From IMG/VR virus record IMGVR_UViG_3300042731_005759, positions 1 through 64,000 of that record: 64,000 nucleotides of DNA. One strand, written 5' to 3'. Each line of letters starts with the position of its first letter. Position 1 is the stretch's first letter. A model generated the notes under the pieces. That model ran no database searches. It had not been told where the DNA came from and saw nothing but the letters and a program-made list of their open reading frames with translations. This stretch comes from a virus. Made by a program: the position numbers and the translations under genes. Positions 1-8,185 of the stretch are shown piece after piece.

Positions 1-316
1 CAGTCAACACTTGTTTAGATTTTACGGGTTCACACCCATCTTTATCGAGTTTAGTTATCCTATTCTCGAATTTATCAAACCTACTATCGATATGTCGATA
101 AAGGTCATCTACTCGGTCTTCAAGGTTTTTCACCTCTTGATCCAACCTTAACTGGATCTCTCTTTGATTATTCTCTAAATCTAATTGTGTTCCGTTTAGG
201 ACTTCCTCGAAATCATTGGAACGTTGTTTAACCTTAACTATACCTACTATAACGTACCCTAAACCGAATACACCAATTGTTGTAAGTACACCTAAAATGA
301 ATTCTAAATTTTCCAT
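1..316 (-). CDS. Hypothetical membrane-anchored coiled-coil protein (runs off the window start)
   Basis: Translated by hand from ATG at 316: MENLEFILGVLTTIGVFGLGYVIVGIVKVKQRSNDFEEVLNGTQLDLENNQREIQLRLDQEVKNLEDRVDDLYRHIDSRFDKFENRITK..., open to position 1. N-terminal hydrophobic helix followed by a heptad-like region. Absent from the ORF track because it has no stop in the window. Confidence 0.75.
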   Translation of the reverse strand, partial: MENLEFILGVLTTIGVFGLGYVIVGIVKVKQRSNDFEEVLNGTQLDLENNQREIQLRLDQEVKNLEDRVDDLYRHIDSRFDKFENRITKLDKDGCEPVKSKQVLT

Positions 317-359
317 AATTTTTAAATTTAATTTAGTTTATGTCAAAGAACGATAGTTG

Positions 360-431
360 TACTCGGTAGGGGAATCGAACCCCTCTTGCCAGGATGAAAA
401 CCTGAAGTCCTAACCGATAGACGAACCGAGC
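360..431 (-). tRNA. tRNA-Glu (anticodon TTC), no encoded CCA
   Basis: Reverse complement GCTCGGTTCGTCTATCGGTTAGGACTTCAGGTTTTCATCCTGGCAAGAGGGGTTCGATTCCCCTACCGAGTA. Acceptor stem GCTCGGT/ACCGAGT, anticodon stem CAGG/CCTG with loop TT-TTC-AT, T-loop GTTCGATTC. Confidence 0.95.
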
Positions 432-904
432 ATTAGTCTTTTTTCTGAATATTTAAATGTCCTCTTAAGTAAATACCCAAAAAATAAATCACCCAAAAGT
501 GAATTAATTAAAAATGGTAGTGCTAAGGTGTAACAAAGAATAAAACCTTCTATTGTTTTTGGGTACCCTAACAACCAAACCCCAAAATTAGTTATGAAGA
601 AAAATAGTAGTGTTGATATAACTATACTCTTTAGATTCATTTTTTTCCAAAAAGTACCCATCAGACTAATTAAAAAAAACGATCCATAAACCCAATAGGA
701 TATCGTATAAAAACCCAAATAAATATCAGAAACAAACATAGTGATAAGTGGGATAGAAATTCCAACCCATCTATCTTTAAATGTTACACCACCAAATAAT
801 GCTAATGCGGTGATTGGTGTGAAGTTTGGTGGATGTGGTAATAATCTTAGAGTGATCGCTAAAATCACAAAGACAAAAACCAAAATTTCTCTTTTATTAT
901 ACAT
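410..904 (-). CDS. Multi-pass membrane protein, DUF6580-like putative transporter (ECF S-component-like)
   Basis: About 5-6 hydrophobic segments with RLLPHPPNFTPITALALFGG, SD.YLGFY and FFITNFGVW motifs, recalled from the DUF6580 family. The 3' end overlaps the tRNA. Confidence 0.65.
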   Translation of the reverse strand: MYNKREILVFVFVILAITLRLLPHPPNFTPITALALFGGVTFKDRWVGISIPLITMFVSDIYLGFYTISYWVYGSFFLISLMGTFWKKMNLKSIVISTLLFFFITNFGVWLLGYPKTIEGFILCYTLALPFLINSLLGDLFFGYLLKRTFKYSEKRLMLGSSIG

Positions 905-916
905 TTAAGTTTTGAT

Positions 917-1006
917 TCATATCATTCTCCATAATCTCACTTTTTTTATGTGAAACCACAAAGGTATGGTTTTTATAATTAAGTGATCCTTAATTCTTTT
1001 AATCAT
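917..1006 (-). CDS. Putative 29-aa small protein
   Basis: MIKRIKDHLIIKTIPLWFHIKKVRLWRMI*. The ATG lies 4 nt after a TATTTATA motif (1011-1018, minus strand), the same spacing as for longer genes in this window. Confidence 0.4.
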   Translation of the reverse strand: MIKRIKDHLIIKTIPLWFHIKKVRLWRMI

Positions 1007-1108
1007 ACGATATAAATAATACAGAAAAATTTTAAAAGAATCAATCTGTGATTCGGAACTATTTATATAAAAGATCGAGAGATCATTAAAAAAGTAAAAA
1101 TTAAAATT

Positions 1109-1342
1109 ATGGCATTTAAAGACTTATTTAAAGATGAAAACGACATTAACGAGAAATCGGTTGTTGGTTTCGCGTCATTTGCAATCATGACATTATTTGC
1201 ATTTGCAGATTTACTTACAGGGTACTTCGGAAAAGACTTAGTAATTAACGAGTTTATCTACAATTCTTTTGTAGTGATAACATTAGGTTCTTTTGGTATT
1301 GCTGAGGTTGGTAAAATCTTTGGTAAAAAAGGACAAGAGTAA
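1109..1342 (+). CDS. Putative holin (small two-TM protein)
   Basis: 77 aa, two hydrophobic helices, basic C-terminus, immediately upstream of the endolysin. Confidence 0.55.
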   Translation: MAFKDLFKDENDINEKSVVGFASFAIMTLFAFADLLTGYFGKDLVINEFIYNSFVVITLGSFGIAEVGKIFGKKGQE

Positions 1343-1354
1343 AAAAAATAAAGA

Positions 1355-2236
1355 ATGATTTTAAAAATTGGATCAAGAGGAAAGGAAGTTAAAGAACTTC
1401 AAGAATTTCTCGGTATCGGAGCTGATGGTATCTTCGGTTCGGGAACTTCGAACGCTGTTAAAAAATGGCAATCAGAAAATAATTTGGATTCTGACGGTAT
1501 TGTCGGTCCTGCCACTTGGGACGCTATGGGTCTCGCTACTACTGATAATTCGGAAAAGACGTATGAAACGGAAAACGGTTTAATCGTAAATAGACACTTT
1601 TTACCTGTGGGGGAATATAAACAAGGACCAACGAGTAAAGAATATGTTTTCTTACATCATACCGCAGGTTGGCATAACCCATATAGATGTGTTGATCATT
1701 GGGGTAGGGATGATAGAGGTGCGGTTGCTACTGAATTTGTTTTAGGTGGTCCTTCCGTAAAAGGAAATGATGATAGATACGATGGAGAAATGGTACAATG
1801 TATTCCCGAAGGTGGTTACGGTTGGCATTTAGGAAAAAATGGATCACAACATATGCACACACATTCAGTTGGTATTGAGGTTTGTAATTTTGGTTGGGTA
1901 AAGGACGGTAAAACATATGCGGGTACAAGAGTACACGAAAGTCAATTAGTAACTCTTGATCAAGAATTCAGAGGACATAAAACATGGCATCGTTATTCTG
2001 ATGCACAAATAGAATCTTTAAGAAAATGGATCCTTTGGATAGCGGAGAGAGACTCGATTGATGTTCGTAAAGGATTACCTGAAATGATTAAGAAAATCGG
2101 TGTATCTGCATTTGAATTTAATGAAGATGCATACTATGGTAAAGTGAAAGGTTTATGGACACATACAAATACAAGGAAAGATAAGGTTGATATGTTCCCA
2201 CAAAAAGAATTGGTGGACATGTTAGTCAGTTTGTAA
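1355..2236 (+). CDS. Endolysin: PG-binding domain plus N-acetylmuramoyl-L-alanine amidase (Amidase_2)
   Basis: N-terminal LKIGSRG...VKELQ...ADGIFG...DGIVGPATW peptidoglycan-binding motif, followed by HHTAG, SVGIEVCN, HTN and K.D amidase zinc-site motifs. Confidence 0.9.
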   Translation: MILKIGSRGKEVKELQEFLGIGADGIFGSGTSNAVKKWQSENNLDSDGIVGPATWDAMGLATTDNSEKTYETENGLIVNRHFLPVGEYKQGPTSKEYVFLHHTAGWHNPYRCVDHWGRDDRGAVATEFVLGGPSVKGNDDRYDGEMVQCIPEGGYGWHLGKNGSQHMHTHSVGIEVCNFGWVKDGKTYAGTRVHESQLVTLDQEFRGHKTWHRYSDAQIESLRKWILWIAERDSIDVRKGLPEMIKKIGVSAFEFNEDAYYGKVKGLWTHTNTRKDKVDMFPQKELVDMLVSL

Positions 2237-2239
2237 AAA

Positions 2240-2352
2240 GTAGACAAAAAATAAACCCCAACAAGGATTGCTGGGGTTTTAGGTCTACAATGGTTTCAAC
2301 ACCATTGAATAACGAGAAAAACGAAAAGGTTTCGGCAAAGAGAACCTTCGAT
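2240..2352 (-). ncRNA. Candidate small structured RNA (three hairpins, the last an intrinsic terminator)
   Basis: TATTTATA motif on the minus strand at 2354-2361. Hairpins CGAAGGUU/AACCUUUUCG, CAAUGGU/ACCAUUG and AAACCCCAGCAA/UUGUUGGGGUUU plus U-tract. The last stem pairs fully only on the minus strand (G:U). No ORF. Confidence 0.5.
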
Positions 2353-2392
2353 GTATAAATATATATAAAAATTAAAAAAGTTCCGTTTTCTT

Positions 2393-4411
2393 TTAAATCA
2401 GGGGTAAATTTTCAGAAAATTTCAATTCCCCTTCGGAAAATTTAATTTCTATAGGTTCTTTCTCGTTTATATTACCTAATAAAATCTGATCACTAATAAA
2501 ATCTTCACATAGATTTTGTATGATTCTTCTTATAGGTCTAGCACCATATTCTTCTTCAGAATTTCTATTTAAAATTTCTATTGAAACCGAAGAATGGAAT
2601 TTAATATTATAATTCTTTTCTTTTAGTCTTGATTTCAATTTATTCATTTCTATAGTCACAATTCTTTTCAGAGACTTTTCTTCTAATTTATTGAATACAA
2701 CGATATCATCAACTCTATTCAAAAACTCAGGACTAAATTGTTGTTTTAGTGATTTTTTAATAATTGAATCTTTAACCTTTTCTTGATTGGTTTCGTCTGA
2801 AAAACCTACTCCCGCACCAAAATCAGAAACTTTCTTAGCACCTATATTAGATGTCATGATAATAAGTGTATTGGAGAAGTTAACTTTTCTTCCGAATGAA
2901 TCGGTTAGGTGACCTTCATCTAATATTTGAAGTAGAAGATTAAATACATCCTTATGTGCCTTTTCTATCTCATCGAACAATACAACAGAAAAAGGATTAT
3001 TTTTAATTTTTTCAGTTAGTTGTCCACCCTCATCATATCCAACATATCCTGGTGGAGAACCAATTAGTTTGGAGACATTATGTTTTTCCATAAATTCACT
3101 CATATCAACACGAATGATTTTTTCAGGATCACCGAATAATGTGTCTGCAAGTGTTTTCGCTAAATAAGTTTTACCTACACCTGTTGACCCTAAAAACATA
3201 AAAGATCCGATAGGTTTGTTTGCACCACGTACTCCGACTCTATTTCTTCTAATGGCCTTTGCAATTTTACTAACCGCATCGTCTTGACCAATAACTCTTT
3301 TAGTAATATTCTTTTCTAAAGAGAGTAAGTTTTTAGACTCAGTCGAATCGAGTTTATTAATCGGTACACCAACGGTGTCACTGATCATCTCATAAACATC
3401 ATCAACGTGGATGGGTTTTTTATTTAATTTCTGTTCGTTATTCCACTTTATCTTTTCCTGATCAAGTTTCTTTAATACTGATTTTTCTTGGTCTCTTAAG
3501 TTCGCGGCTAACTCATAATTTTGATCTTTTACGACTGCCAATTTTTGGAGTTTAATATCGTCTGCCTCTTTTTTAAGTTCTTCAATCGATTCAGGTACTT
3601 TAATACTTATTTTCTTTTCAGAACCTAACTCATCCAATATGTCAATTGCCTTATCAGGAAATTGTTTATCTGTAATATATCTTTTTGACAACATTACAAT
3701 GGTTTCAATAACATCTTTTGTGTAATTAACCCTATGATAGTCCTCATAAGAAGGTCTTAAGTTTTTAAGAATCTCAATGGTTTCATCGTATGTTGGTTCT
3801 TGTAAAATAATTTTTTGGAATCTTCTTACCAAAGCACCATCTTTCTCAATGTTCTTTTTAAATTCATCAAAAGTTGTTGCTCCTATACATTGAATTTCTC
3901 CTCTTGCGAGTGCGGGTTTCAAAATATTCGCGGCATCCATAGAACCTGACGCGTTTCCTGCACCAACCATAGTATGTAGTTCATCAATAAAAACAATTAC
4001 ATTAGGTGCATCTTCTAACTCAGTTAATATCGCCTTAATTCTCTCTTCAAATTGTCCTCTATATTTTGTTCCTGCAACCAAAGCAGTCAAATCAAGAGCC
4101 ATGATTCTCTTATCAAGGAGATTGGTTGGGCATGTACCCTCAGTAATCATTAACGCTAGTTTTTCAACAAGTGCGGATTTACCAACACCCGCATCACCAA
4201 CTATAACCACATTATTTTTCTTTTTTCGAGACAAGATTCGTGATATTCTCATTACCTCTTTGTCTCTACCTATAATAGGGTCTATCCTACCTTCTTGGGC
4301 TAATCTTGTTAAATCTCTTGAAAAATTATCGAGAACGGGTGTATTACTATTCTTCTTACCTTTTCTCTGTGATTGTTTCTCTTCGTTATCTTCGTAAAAA
4401 TCTATTGGCAT
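2393..4411 (-). CDS. clpC: ClpC/ClpE-like AAA+ unfoldase lacking the Clp_N domain
   Basis: Two AAA modules (GDAGVGKS / FIDELH and GSTGVGKT / LFDEIEK), GTKYRGQFE and GYVG pore loops, UVR-like middle segment (QNYELAANLRD) and VGF ClpP-docking loop. Start placed at ATG 4411 (MPIDF) rather than the track's 4450. Confidence 0.9.
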   Translation of the reverse strand: MPIDFYEDNEEKQSQRKGKKNSNTPVLDNFSRDLTRLAQEGRIDPIIGRDKEVMRISRILSRKKKNNVVIVGDAGVGKSALVEKLALMITEGTCPTNLLDKRIMALDLTALVAGTKYRGQFEERIKAILTELEDAPNVIVFIDELHTMVGAGNASGSMDAANILKPALARGEIQCIGATTFDEFKKNIEKDGALVRRFQKIILQEPTYDETIEILKNLRPSYEDYHRVNYTKDVIETIVMLSKRYITDKQFPDKAIDILDELGSEKKISIKVPESIEELKKEADDIKLQKLAVVKDQNYELAANLRDQEKSVLKKLDQEKIKWNNEQKLNKKPIHVDDVYEMISDTVGVPINKLDSTESKNLLSLEKNITKRVIGQDDAVSKIAKAIRRNRVGVRGANKPIGSFMFLGSTGVGKTYLAKTLADTLFGDPEKIIRVDMSEFMEKHNVSKLIGSPPGYVGYDEGGQLTEKIKNNPFSVVLFDEIEKAHKDVFNLLLQILDEGHLTDSFGRKVNFSNTLIIMTSNIGAKKVSDFGAGVGFSDETNQEKVKDSIIKKSLKQQFSPEFLNRVDDIVVFNKLEEKSLKRIVTIEMNKLKSRLKEKNYNIKFHSSVSIEILNRNSEEEYGARPIRRIIQNLCEDFISDQILLGNINEKEPIEIKFSEGELKFSENLPLI

Positions 4412-4435
4412 AAAATCAATTTTTATAAAACATAC

Positions 4436-4554
4436 ACAAAATAATACCAAAAGTCAACCTCGACATAAGATAACACCTACAGTGTCAATATGTCACGTAT
4501 AAATGTTATATTTGTGACAAAACTTCAGGTTTTTAATCTTGGTATTCATTTTGT
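4436..4554. promoter_or_regulatory. Symmetric divergent regulatory region between clpC-like and hsp20 genes
   Basis: Inverted copies of TTGGTATT(C)ATTTTGT at 4436-4450 (minus) and 4539-4554 (plus). Central TGTCA-ATA-TGTCA repeat and TGTCAC/GTGACA inverted repeat (4491-4519). Confidence 0.5.
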
Positions 4555-4593
4555 CTATTACTATATAAATAAACTTATAAAAATTTAAAGAAA

Positions 4594-4962
4594 ATGTTTT
4601 TATTAAAAAGAGACCCATTTTTTAACTTGGTTGAGAATTTTTTCAATGACCATAAACAAAATTATTCAGGTTTTGTGAATACTATAAAGAACGAAACTGA
4701 TAATGAATATGAATTACAATTTGTATTACCTGGCTTAACAAAAGATGATGTATCTGTTACTGTCGAGGAAAACTTATTAAAAGTATCATATACTAACGAA
4801 GAAAACGAAAATTCATTTGTTCATACGTTTGAAAGATCCTATCAATTACCTGAGGATGTAACACAAAGTAAGATTAGTGCTAAATCTGAGAATGGTATTT
4901 TAAAGATCACAATACCGAAGAACAAAAAGGTCACAAAACAAAGAACCATCTCAATCAAATAA
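4594..4962 (+). CDS. Small heat shock protein (Hsp20/alpha-crystallin)
   Basis: LPGLTKDDVSV, FERSYQLPEDV and ISAKSENGILKITIPK motifs. Confidence 0.93.
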   Translation: MFLLKRDPFFNLVENFFNDHKQNYSGFVNTIKNETDNEYELQFVLPGLTKDDVSVTVEENLLKVSYTNEENENSFVHTFERSYQLPEDVTQSKISAKSENGILKITIPKNKKVTKQRTISIK

Positions 4963-4994
4963 ATAAATCCCCCTTTATTGGGGGTTTATTTTTT
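4962..4994 (+). terminator. Intrinsic terminator after hsp20
   Basis: AATAAATCCCCC-tttatt-GGGGGTTTATT followed by a T run. Confidence 0.75.
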
Positions 4995-5073
4995 CACAGA
5001 TATTTATTAGGTACATCAGACGGACTTGATTTTGTCCCGATAAATTGTTACATTTTATATAAAACATAATATT

Positions 5074-5319
5074 ATGCCTATATCATCTGAAACAATTGAG
5101 GGTAAAAACATTCTTTGTGAGATAACATCATCAAATCTTAAGTCTGCGTCTTATAATACTGAAGACGGTACACTACAAATTACTTTTAAAAGTGGTGGTG
5201 TGTATGAGTATTATAAGGTTCCGTGGGAAAAGTTTACAAAACTTAGACTCGCAGAATCCACAGGTAGGTTCTTCAATTTGAATATATCGAAGACCTACGA
5301 GTACAAGAAACTGAAATGA
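5074..5319 (+). CDS. KTSC domain protein
   Basis: SSNLKSASYN...LQITFKSGGVYEYYKVP...LAESTGRFFN matches the KTSC pattern. Confidence 0.88.
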   Translation: MPISSETIEGKNILCEITSSNLKSASYNTEDGTLQITFKSGGVYEYYKVPWEKFTKLRLAESTGRFFNLNISKTYEYKKLK

Positions 5320-6086
5320 GTAACATCAAGATTGTTGATGAGTTAATTGAAGAAATTGGTAATAATCAAGAGATTGTAAAATCTTTTGAAATTAGGGATT
5401 CACTATCTGAAGATATTTTTGAAAATCAAGATGGTGAATTTTCTATGCACAAAGAGATAAGAGATCGACTTATCGAAGTCACAGAGAAATTTATGGATTT
5501 CATAGATATAGAATTTTTTATCCATGATATAATTCTAACAGGTTCTCTATCAAACTATAATTGGTCAAAATACTCCGATGTAGATTTACATATTCTGATA
5601 GACTATGATGAGACCGATTACAACTTAGACCTCTTAAAGGGTTTTTTTGATAGTAAGAGAAGTCTATGGAACAAACAACATGAAATCATGATCAAAGGTT
5701 TTGATTGTGAAATCTATGTTCAAGATGTAAAAGAAAAACATACCGCATCGGGTATATACTCAATTTTAAATGATAATTGGGTTGTTACTCCTCAGAAAAC
5801 AGTTCAGTCGATTGATAAAGATATGATCATTAAAAAGGCATCAATCTTTGAAGATATTATAGATCAGATAGACTCCGATTTTGATTCAGGGAAGGACGTA
5901 AGTGATGATATTTTAAAAACTAAACAAAAATTAAAAAAGTTTAGACAAAGTGGTTTAGATAAAGGTGGAGAATATTCTTACGAAAACTTAGCGTTTAAAT
6001 TATTGAGAAGAAACGGATATATAGGTAAGTTATTGGAGATCCAAACTAAAACCACAGACAAGAAATTATCTATAGCACAACAATAA
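5316..6086 (+). CDS. Nucleotidyltransferase, DNA polymerase-beta superfamily
   Basis: IILTGS...YSDVDLHI (GS plus DxD) and a third acidic residue in CEIYVQD. Overlaps the KTSC gene at ATGA. Confidence 0.8.
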   Translation: MSNIKIVDELIEEIGNNQEIVKSFEIRDSLSEDIFENQDGEFSMHKEIRDRLIEVTEKFMDFIDIEFFIHDIILTGSLSNYNWSKYSDVDLHILIDYDETDYNLDLLKGFFDSKRSLWNKQHEIMIKGFDCEIYVQDVKEKHTASGIYSILNDNWVVTPQKTVQSIDKDMIIKKASIFEDIIDQIDSDFDSGKDVSDDILKTKQKLKKFRQSGLDKGGEYSYENLAFKLLRRNGYIGKLLEIQTKTTDKKLSIAQQ

Positions 6087-6154
6087 ACGATATTTTTTTC
6101 TCGATATTGTTGTATTTATAGAATAAGAATAAGTTATAAACAAATATTTGTAAT

Positions 6155-7192
6155 ATGTCAGATCTTAAACCATTAGGTAGCGAAAGATTATCTGGTGACG
6201 ATAAAATTAAAAGAATTATGGAGATTGCCAATTATGGTAGATCCAATAATGTCGTTTCCGAAAATAAAAAAACTTCTGTAGAATATCTTAAAGAATCTAA
6301 AGTTGGTACTTACGGTATCGTAAAAGAAAAAGATGGATACTATGTGAAAAAAGGACTTAACGAAAGTACTTTAGACTATATTGGTGGTATCTTCATGAAA
6401 AATAAAAATAAATTTTCTTCATACTCTGAAGCACTAAAAAGACTTGAATTAATAAGTGGTCAAGAGGAATTGAATGAAGCTAAGAAATATGTTCTTAAAT
6501 CTAAATCAGAGAAACCTGCCGAGGCAGTTGCACCTGAAGCACCAATCGAAGATATTCCTGCACCTGTAGAAGACCCTATTGATGACGCACCTGTAGATGA
6601 TTTACCTCCTGCAGACGCTGGTATTGAAGGTGATGATGAAGGTGGTGAAGAAGAAGAGGTAGGTAAAAGATCAGACTATATGGCTGAGGTTCAAAAATTC
6701 TCAGGTAAATTAGGTCAGGCATTGAGAGATGTAAAAGAAAGAATGGAAAGTGATGACATCAAATATGTTATTAATATGGTTCTTTCAGCAGTAAACTTAG
6801 ATTCTCTTGATGAAGAAGATAGAGAAGAAATTGCAGAAAAATTCGAACCTAAAGACGATGATTTCAGTGGTGATGACGAAGGTCTACCAACAGATGATCT
6901 ACCTATGGACGATGAAGGTCCTTCTGATGATGAAGTAGATGGTGAGGTAGATGAGATAATGGATAAACTTGAGAGTTTTGTTAACGACACTCCGATTGTT
7001 CAAAAAGAAGAAGAACCTATTATAGAGAAATCTATCGAAGACTACGCAGACCTAAGTGTTAAACATGAAGGAGAAGTAGAGGAAGGTGACGATTCTAACG
7101 ATACTGAAGAAATAGGTGAAATCGATTTGGATCAGCTTAAGTCGGAAATCAACAAACACGTTGACGAGACTTTGAGCAAATATTTCCAATAA
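6155..7192 (+). CDS. Acidic hypothetical protein, possible internal head protein
   Basis: Long D/E/P-rich tracts, several LNE/VSE/LKE sites, TATTTATA motif upstream (6113-6120). Confidence 0.6.
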   Translation: MSDLKPLGSERLSGDDKIKRIMEIANYGRSNNVVSENKKTSVEYLKESKVGTYGIVKEKDGYYVKKGLNESTLDYIGGIFMKNKNKFSSYSEALKRLELISGQEELNEAKKYVLKSKSEKPAEAVAPEAPIEDIPAPVEDPIDDAPVDDLPPADAGIEGDDEGGEEEEVGKRSDYMAEVQKFSGKLGQALRDVKERMESDDIKYVINMVLSAVNLDSLDEEDREEIAEKFEPKDDDFSGDDEGLPTDDLPMDDEGPSDDEVDGEVDEIMDKLESFVNDTPIVQKEEEPIIEKSIEDYADLSVKHEGEVEEGDDSNDTEEIGEIDLDQLKSEINKHVDETLSKYFQ

Positions 7193-7193
7193 G

Positions 7194-7598
7194 ATGAAAC
7201 TAATCTATATCAATGAAATTGGTGCTGATTATAAAGGCCAGAAACAATATGAATTCATCTTCAGTAAACACACTGAGTTTGATATAGACGAATGGTATCA
7301 CATTCCCGCATCTACTTATACAGAATCACTATCCCCCGATTTAGAATACATTGATCTTGTTGGTGTTTTAAAAAACACTAATGTAGACTTAGACCTTGTA
7401 CAGAAGTCTGACTACTTTGGTATTATTGACGCTGTAGATGGTGTTATCTCATTAGGTTGGGAGAAATTTGACGAAGAGAGTGATGAGGAAAGACTTACAT
7501 TCTCATTCGGGGAAGATATAGAAAGTGTGAACTTTAAATTATCGAGTAGAGGATACGAACTTATAAACGAAGAACTAAAATATAATTTAGGGGTATGA
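7194..7598 (+). CDS. Hypothetical protein
   Basis: 134-aa ORF tightly packed in the operon leading to the terminase. Confidence 0.7.
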   Translation: MKLIYINEIGADYKGQKQYEFIFSKHTEFDIDEWYHIPASTYTESLSPDLEYIDLVGVLKNTNVDLDLVQKSDYFGIIDAVDGVISLGWEKFDEESDEERLTFSFGEDIESVNFKLSSRGYELINEELKYNLGV

Positions 7599-8185
7599 AA
7601 AATAGAAAACAGATTATTAATAAACTCGTAAATGAGGGTTTATCAGAGAAATTTTTAAGTGGTTTAAATGATAAACAACTTACTGATTTATCAGAAAGAT
7701 TATTATCAGAACAAACTTTAAATATTCCTAAAGACGATAACCAAGCCATAGAGAAGGCAAAACAAGACAATAAAACTTTTGTAACTTATGAAGAAGATCA
7801 AACAGAAATTGATGAAGAAAGCGATTGCGATGAGTGCTCAGAAGTTAGTGAAGAAGATCAAGAAGAAATTAACGAATGGGTTGAAGGGTTAGTAAAAGAT
7901 AAATACTATCCTGGTGTTACAACCAAAGAAGAAATTTTTGAAATGATTGGTGCACTATCTGACACCGCGGATCGATTAGTTGCGGCTAAAGACATGTTCG
8001 ATGTTGATGAACAATCACCCGCACCTTCTAAACCTGACGTGGATACACCTACAAGGGAGAAACCAAGTAAACCAAGTAGGGAAAATCCTTTCAAACCAAA
8101 ACATAAACCAAAACCAAAAGCAAAATTACCTAAGGTTTTTTCTTTTGATTCTATTGGTATTGAATTGAAACAAGCGGCGGAGTAA
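7595..8185 (+). CDS. Hypothetical protein with a Pro/Lys-rich C-terminus
   Basis: 196 aa, overlaps both neighbours, contains a PAPSKP...PKPKPKA segment. Confidence 0.7.
   Translation: MKNRKQIINKLVNEGLSEKFLSGLNDKQLTDLSERLLSEQTLNIPKDDNQAIEKAKQDNKTFVTYEEDQTEIDEESDCDECSEVSEEDQEEINEWVEGLVKDKYYPGVTTKEEIFEMIGALSDTADRLVAAKDMFDVDEQSPAPSKPDVDTPTREKPSKPSRENPFKPKHKPKPKAKLPKVFSFDSIGIELKQAAE

Noticed and set aside
360-431. tRNA as a prophage attachment site
   Set aside because: No integrase, no duplicated tRNA 3' end and no host-like genes in the window. The content fits a lytic phage.
4412-4450. Extended N-terminus of the ClpC-like ORF given in the track (MVLFCVCF...)
   Set aside because: It starts at a TTG inside the promoter-like box. 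The ATG at 4411 with an A/T-rich leader is more plausible. The same reasoning applies to the track starts at 18734, 24512, 31620, 37200 and 52579.
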